From Candidatus Omnitrophota bacterium (GTDB taxonomy: Bacteria; Omnitrophota; Gorgyraeia; Duberdicusellales; 4484-171): DNA of 18,338 nucleotides. A model generated the notes under the pieces. It saw only the letters and a program-made list of their open reading frames with translations, had not been told where the DNA came from and did no database searches. The stretch covers positions 1 through 18,338 of the forward strand of contig JAIPHU010000016.1 in NCBI GenBank assembly GCA_021735045.1, read 5' to 3'. Positions within the stretch are counted from its first letter, which is position 1; each line of letters opens with the position of its first letter. Positions 13,647-18,338 of the stretch are shown here, in pieces. The position numbers and the translations under genes are program-made.

Positions 13647-16317
13647 TTTTTAAAAACCTCATAAAATAGTCTTTAACTTTTTTAGTTAAATCTTTTTCTT
13701 TTTTATTAATAACCCCTTGAACCAATTTATCAGTACCTCCACCTTTTAGCGGTAGTTTATCCTTGATGCCAAATATAAAATCCTTACAACTCAACCCTTG
13801 CTTAACTAGATCTTGAGAACAAGAACAGAGAAATCTTATTTTACCATTTTGTTTGCCAATTAAAAAAACAAAAAATGAACTTAATTTTTTCTTGATTTGA
13901 TCAAGAAGGCTAAAAAAATTCGAATACCCCAAGCTCAAACTATCTTTCTTCGTAAAATCATAAACCAATAAATCTTTCCCAGATTTTTTCCCTAAAAAAT
14001 CTTCAATTATTTTTTTAGAAATATCAGCTATCTTTTCTTTTTCTATTTTTGTTAATTTACTGTTGCAATCTTTATAACTATCTAAAGTTTTCTTCAAAGT
14101 TGGTTGAATCTTATCCGGATTACATTTAAGCAGTTTTGCTATCTCTCTAAGATAATTTTTCTTCTTCTTAAAAAGCTGATAGAATTTATCTCCGACAACA
14201 GCTTCAATTCTTCTTACCCCACTGCTGACTGAACTTGAAGAAACTATTGCAAAACCGGCTACTTCTGAACTATTATCAAGATGGCATCCTCCACACAACT
14301 CCTTGCTATAGTTAGAGATAGACACCATCCTTACCTGGTCTTTATACTTTTCTTTAAAAAAGGCCAAAGCTCCTTCTTTTTTGGCTGCTGCCAAAGACAT
14401 CTCTTTTTTATTCACTTCATCCGCTTTTAAAATCTGATAGTTAACCAAACTTTCTATTCTTTCTTTTTGTTGCAAAGTCAACCCCTTAAAATGAGTAAAA
14501 TCAAAACGCAGGCGATCCTGGCCAACTAAGGAACCTTGCTGGCTTACATGTTCTCCTAAAACTTCTCGTAAAGCTGCCTGCAAGATATGAGTTGCAGTAT
14601 GAGCCCGAGCTAATGCCTTTCTTCTTTTTGTATCTATTGCAGCTCTAGCTTTTTTTTCTTCAACTACTCCCTCTATAACTTTACCCTGATGTACCGCTAT
14701 TGAATTAGATCCTATCCTGTAAGCATCTTCTACAAGAAATTTTCCTTTATCGGTTTCAATTACACCTCGATCAGAAAGCTGCCCTCCCGATTCGGTATAA
14801 AAAGGCGTCTTATCTAAAATAACTATCCCCTTTTGACCTTTTTTTAAAGATTTTTTTCTATTTTCCCAATCTATTTTCATCTTCTCTAAAGGAAAAATCT
14901 TAATAATTTTAGCAGAAATTTCACAATTTTTATAACCACTAAACTCTGTAGGCTTTCCATCTGCCGATAAGCAATAATCTTTTTCAAATATCTCAGCAGA
15001 AAACTTACTACCGGCCCGAGACCGCTCTTTCTGCTTAGCCAATAACTCTTCTGCCCCCTTTTGGTCAACATCAATGTTTTCTTTGCCAGCTGCAGTTTTG
15101 CTTAACTCAAAAGGAAAGCCATAGGTATCATAAAGAAAGAAAAGTTTTGAAGCCAAAAGAGTATCTTTTTTTTCTTTTTTTAGCTCATCTAAATACTGGT
15201 TAAGTTTGGTTTTACCTTCATCTAAAGTTGAAAGAAACTTTTCTTCTTCAGCTTTTATAACTTTTTTAATCACTTTTGCTTTTTTTTCTACAAAAGGATA
15301 AGGTTCTTGCATCAATTTAGCAAATAAAGGTATTAACTTATAGACAAACGGTTGCTTATAACCTAGGAGATTAGCTGTCCATAAAGCTTTTCTTAATAAC
15401 TTACGGATAACATAGCCTCGCTCTTCGTTGGAAGGATAAATCCCATCTGCTATCGAAAATATAACTGCTCGGGCATGATCAACGATAGAATTAACTAAAT
15501 CTTTTTCAGCCTTTACTTCTTGCTTATTTTTTAAACCTAAAATCTCCTTTAACTTATCTGCCGCCGGAGCTAATATATCAATTTCAAAATTTGAATCTTT
15601 ATTTTGTAAAACAGAAGCCATTCTTTCAAGGCCCATACCGGTATCAATATTTTTTTGAGGCAGTGGTGTTAGGCTCCCGTCAGATTGACGATTAAACTGA
15701 GTAAAAACAAGATTCCAGATTTCAACAAATCGGGAACAATCACAAGCTGGATTACAAGACTCTTTTTTACACCCTTTATCTTTACCGCGATCAAAAAATA
15801 TCTCAGCACAAGGCCCGCAAGGCCCATTTGGCCCCTGATCTATAACATTAGCTGGCCAAAAATTTTCATCTTGGCCTAGTTTTAAAATTTTATCAGTTGA
15901 AACTCCTATCTCTTTTTGCCAAATTGTGAAAGCCTCTTTATCTTCTTTATATACAGAAACCCACAAATTTTTTTTATCAATTCTTAAAACCTTAGTTAAA
16001 AACTCCCAGGCTAATTTAATAGCTTCTTTTTTAAAATAACCGCCAAAAGAAAAATTACCTAACATCTCAAAAAAGGTATGATGGTAAGGAGTTTTTCCTA
16101 CTCTTTCAATATCTCCAGTGCGCAAGCACCTTTGGCAAGACACAGCCAAGTCAGTATCCTTGGTTTTTCCTAAGAAATAAGGCTTAAACTGATTCATTCC
16201 AGCTGAAGTAAAAAGAACCGATGGATCATCGGGAACTAAACTATCTGAAGAAAAAAGTTTATGGCCTCTTTCTTTAAAAAAACTTAAATATTTTCTTCTC
16301 AACTTGTCTGTTTTCAT
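13633..16317 (-). CDS. alaS: Alanine--tRNA ligase
   Basis: 894 aa. FTSAGMNQFKPYFLG, HHTFFEMLGNFSFGGYFK, editing-domain HTATHIL and CGGCH motifs, and a C-terminal oligomerisation domain. Confidence 0.97.
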   Translation of the reverse strand: MKTDKLRRKYLSFFKERGHKLFSSDSLVPDDPSVLFTSAGMNQFKPYFLGKTKDTDLAVSCQRCLRTGDIERVGKTPYHHTFFEMLGNFSFGGYFKKEAIKLAWEFLTKVLRIDKKNLWVSVYKEDKEAFTIWQKEIGVSTDKILKLGQDENFWPANVIDQGPNGPCGPCAEIFFDRGKDKGCKKESCNPACDCSRFVEIWNLVFTQFNRQSDGSLTPLPQKNIDTGMGLERMASVLQNKDSNFEIDILAPAADKLKEILGLKNKQEVKAEKDLVNSIVDHARAVIFSIADGIYPSNEERGYVIRKLLRKALWTANLLGYKQPFVYKLIPLFAKLMQEPYPFVEKKAKVIKKVIKAEEEKFLSTLDEGKTKLNQYLDELKKEKKDTLLASKLFFLYDTYGFPFELSKTAAGKENIDVDQKGAEELLAKQKERSRAGSKFSAEIFEKDYCLSADGKPTEFSGYKNCEISAKIIKIFPLEKMKIDWENRKKSLKKGQKGIVILDKTPFYTESGGQLSDRGVIETDKGKFLVEDAYRIGSNSIAVHQGKVIEGVVEEKKARAAIDTKRRKALARAHTATHILQAALREVLGEHVSQQGSLVGQDRLRFDFTHFKGLTLQQKERIESLVNYQILKADEVNKKEMSLAAAKKEGALAFFKEKYKDQVRMVSISNYSKELCGGCHLDNSSEVAGFAIVSSSSVSSGVRRIEAVVGDKFYQLFKKKKNYLREIAKLLKCNPDKIQPTLKKTLDSYKDCNSKLTKIEKEKIADISKKIIEDFLGKKSGKDLLVYDFTKKDSLSLGYSNFFSLLDQIKKKLSSFFVFLIGKQNGKIRFLCSCSQDLVKQGLSCKDFIFGIKDKLPLKGGGTDKLVQGVINKKEKDLTKKVKDYFMRFLKNESS

Positions 16318-16784
16318 CTTTTATCTAACTTGTTATTTAGATGGCTAAATATATCTTTATAGTAAAACCCTCTAGTTGCTAAAAATCTGATTGTTTTTTC
16401 TTTAATTTTTTTTTCTTCTAGGTTTGGTTTGCTGCTTTTTAAAGAACTTATCTTTTGCTCGATAAGCTGATCAATTAACCCTTGGCTTTTTTCTTCTAGC
16501 TGCTCTACGGCTTGTTTACGTAGCTTAGCCGAAATCCCAAACTTTTTTAACTTAACATTAACCTTAATCGGACCCCAGCCCTTAGCTAAAGAACTTCTTA
16601 AATAACTTTCTACAAATTCTTGATCATCTATATAGTTACAATCTTTTAGATAATCTATTACTTTTTTTATAACTGATAAAGATACCTCTCTCTTTTTTAA
16701 GCGCATCCGAATTTCGCACTCACTTCTTGGCCTAAACCTTAGAAGAAGAAAGGCATAATTTAGGGCCTTGTTGAAACTTTCCAA
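16314..16784 (-). CDS. recX: Recombination regulator RecX
   Basis: 156 aa. ALNYAFLLLRFRPRSECEIRMRLKKR is the typical RecX N-terminal repeat. Conserved recX-alaS adjacency. TTG start at 16784 (no in-frame ATG that would keep this motif). The stop forms an ATGA overlap with the alaS start. Confidence 0.85.
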   Translation of the reverse strand: MESFNKALNYAFLLLRFRPRSECEIRMRLKKREVSLSVIKKVIDYLKDCNYIDDQEFVESYLRSSLAKGWGPIKVNVKLKKFGISAKLRKQAVEQLEEKSQGLIDQLIEQKISSLKSSKPNLEEKKIKEKTIRFLATRGFYYKDIFSHLNNKLDKR

Positions 16785-16788
16785 TTTA

Positions 16789-18201
16789 TTATTTTTTTAA
16801 AACTATGTAACCTCTATTGGTCTTAACCAAACAACTTCCTTTGACCGAAGAAGTAACTTCTTTAAAATCCCTAATATTTTTTATTTCTTTATTTTCAATT
16901 TCTTTGATTAGATCACCTTCTTGCAAGCCACTGGCTTGGGCCACAGAACCATCTTCCAGTTCAACCACAACCACGGCTTCTTCCTGTTCTAATCCTAGTT
17001 GTTGCCTTAGGTAAGGAGTAATATTTTTAACTGACATACCACGAAAACTAGCTTCGCCTTTAGCTGTTGATTTTTTAACTTCACTAAAATCTTTGGGCCT
17101 TTTACCGATTTTTATATTAATTCTTTTTTCTTTGCCACCACGCAAAATTAATAGACTAGCTTTTTGGCCTACTTCGGTTTCGGTAACCATTCTTACTAAA
17201 TCTCTAGTAGTTTTTATTGACTTGTTGTTATAAGTTAAAATTAAATCGCCTTCTTTTAACCCACTTTCTTGAGCCGGAGAATCTTTATATACTTTAACGA
17301 CGATCACACCTTCTTTTTTCTTGATATTAAAATAGTTGCGTAAATCTTGATTTAAGTCCTGGATACTAACCCCCAACCATCCATACAAAACTTCTTGGCC
17401 TTTTATCAGCTTATCCATTATTCTTTTAGCCTTGTTTACAGGAATTGCAAAACCAAGGCCTTGATAACCACCAGTACGAGTAAGAATAGCTACATTTATT
17501 CCAACTACATCTCCTTCTAGATTAACTAGTGGTCCTCCGCTGTTTCCGGGATTAATAGCAGCATCTGTTTGAATTAAATTGTCATAACCAATTCTTCTAA
17601 CTCCTAAAGCTGGTAGGTATCTCTTTAGAGCGCTAACTACCCCGACAGTAATTGTTGGTTCTGGATTTTCAATGGCAAATCCAAAGGGATTTCCAACTGC
17701 AATAACCCAATTACCTATCTTTAACTTAGAGGAATCTCCCAAATTAGCAGCAGGCAAATTATCTGAATCTATCTTGATTACCGCTAAATCACTTTTTGGA
17801 TCAGAACCAGCTATTTCTGCATTAAACTCTCGTCCATCTGCCAATTTAACTTTTATATCAGTTGCCTTTGAAACTACGTGAGCATTAGTAAGAATATAAC
17901 CGTCTTCTTTAATAATCAAACCGCTGCCTAGCCCCATTCTCTTGTATTCTCTCTGAGGCGGACTTTGAAAAAAATCCTCAAAAAATCTTTGAAAAGGATC
18001 ATTTTTATCTCCTTCAAAAGGAGAACCAAAATAAAATTGACCCCCGATTTTTTCTTTGATTACAGAACTTATAGATACAACCGACTTCCCTACATCTTCG
18101 GCAACCTTAATAGTTGCTTCCTCTAGCTGAGAAAACCTAGCAGAAAAACCAGCCGGAACGAAACAAACCATTAAAACTAAAGTTAATATTATTTTTTTCA
18201 T
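16789..18201 (-). CDS. HtrA/DegP-family periplasmic serine endoprotease with two PDZ domains
   Basis: 470 aa. Signal-peptide-like N-terminus MKKIILTLVLMVCFVPAGFSA. Catalytic His (TNAHVV), Asp (DLAVIK) and Ser (GNSGGPL). Two PDZ-like C-terminal segments. Strong SD (GGAGG) 6 nt upstream. Confidence 0.93.
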   Translation of the reverse strand: MKKIILTLVLMVCFVPAGFSARFSQLEEATIKVAEDVGKSVVSISSVIKEKIGGQFYFGSPFEGDKNDPFQRFFEDFFQSPPQREYKRMGLGSGLIIKEDGYILTNAHVVSKATDIKVKLADGREFNAEIAGSDPKSDLAVIKIDSDNLPAANLGDSSKLKIGNWVIAVGNPFGFAIENPEPTITVGVVSALKRYLPALGVRRIGYDNLIQTDAAINPGNSGGPLVNLEGDVVGINVAILTRTGGYQGLGFAIPVNKAKRIMDKLIKGQEVLYGWLGVSIQDLNQDLRNYFNIKKKEGVIVVKVYKDSPAQESGLKEGDLILTYNNKSIKTTRDLVRMVTETEVGQKASLLILRGGKEKRINIKIGKRPKDFSEVKKSTAKGEASFRGMSVKNITPYLRQQLGLEQEEAVVVVELEDGSVAQASGLQEGDLIKEIENKEIKNIRDFKEVTSSVKGSCLVKTNRGYIVLKK

Positions 18202-18218
18202 CTCGCCTCCTCATTAAA

Positions 18219-18263
18219 AATGCAATTATTTAGCGAATACCTTTATTTTTAATGACACTTAAG
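18219..18263. repeat. 45-nt direct repeat, copy 1
   Basis: aatgcaattatttagcgaatacctttatttttaatgacacttaag, identical 45/45 to 18294-18338. Confidence 0.9.
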
Positions 18264-18285
18264 CCGAATTACTCGGCGTAGTGTC
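18254..18285. other. GC-rich two-tier hairpin spanning the end of repeat copy 1 and the unique segment
   Basis: GACACT (18254-18259) pairs with AGTGTC (18280-18285). The inner stem is GCCGA (18263-18267) with TCGGC (18273-18277), loop attac. There is no clear U-tract on either strand. Confidence 0.5.
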
Positions 18286-18293
18286 TTATACTT

Positions 18294-18338
18294 AATGCAA
18301 TTATTTAGCGAATACCTTTATTTTTAATGACACTTAAG
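18294..18338. repeat. 45-nt direct repeat, copy 2 (ends exactly at window edge)
   Basis: Identical to 18219-18263. The period is 75 nt, with a 30-nt unique segment (18264-18293) between the copies. Confidence 0.9.

Noticed and set aside
18219-18338. Calling this a CRISPR array.
   Set aside because: There are only two repeat copies. The 45-nt repeat is unusually long and non-palindromic, the intervening 30 nt pairs with the repeat end, and there are no cas genes in the window. It is kept as an open finding rather than an annotation.

Overview
AT-rich bacterial window (about one-third G+C by eye). It carries 19 co-directional genes, all on the minus strand, tightly packed with several start/stop overlaps. 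In transcription order (high to low coordinate): htrA-family protease, recX, alaS, hisD, hisB, hisH, hisA, rplM, rpsI, ribBA, a decayed four-helix-bundle (23S-rRNA-IVS-protein/Avd-like) gene, ribH, nusB, a TrpH/YciV-type PHP phosphoesterase, ribD, mazG, a single-domain PilZ protein, an AddA/RecB-like helicase-nuclease, and the start of its AddB-like partner, which runs off the window. This is core housekeeping content, and I do not see a novel multi-gene defence or accessory system. The unusual material is non-coding. Each of the three sizeable intergenic gaps in the rpsI-ribBA-ribH-nusB stretch holds an element built from two inverted arms of 7-nt-periodic repeats. One of these elements encloses the frameshifted four-helix-bundle gene, an architecture reminiscent of rRNA intervening sequences but sitting between mRNA cistrons. 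Other points worth a second look: a boxA-like motif upstream of nusB; two consensus promoters placed 8 nt from SD-less start codons (possible leaderless rplM and pilZ mRNAs); a perfect 45-nt direct repeat with 75-nt period cut by the window end; a rearranged rib cluster without ribE; and a divergent hisB. All plus-strand ORFs in the track look like antisense shadows.
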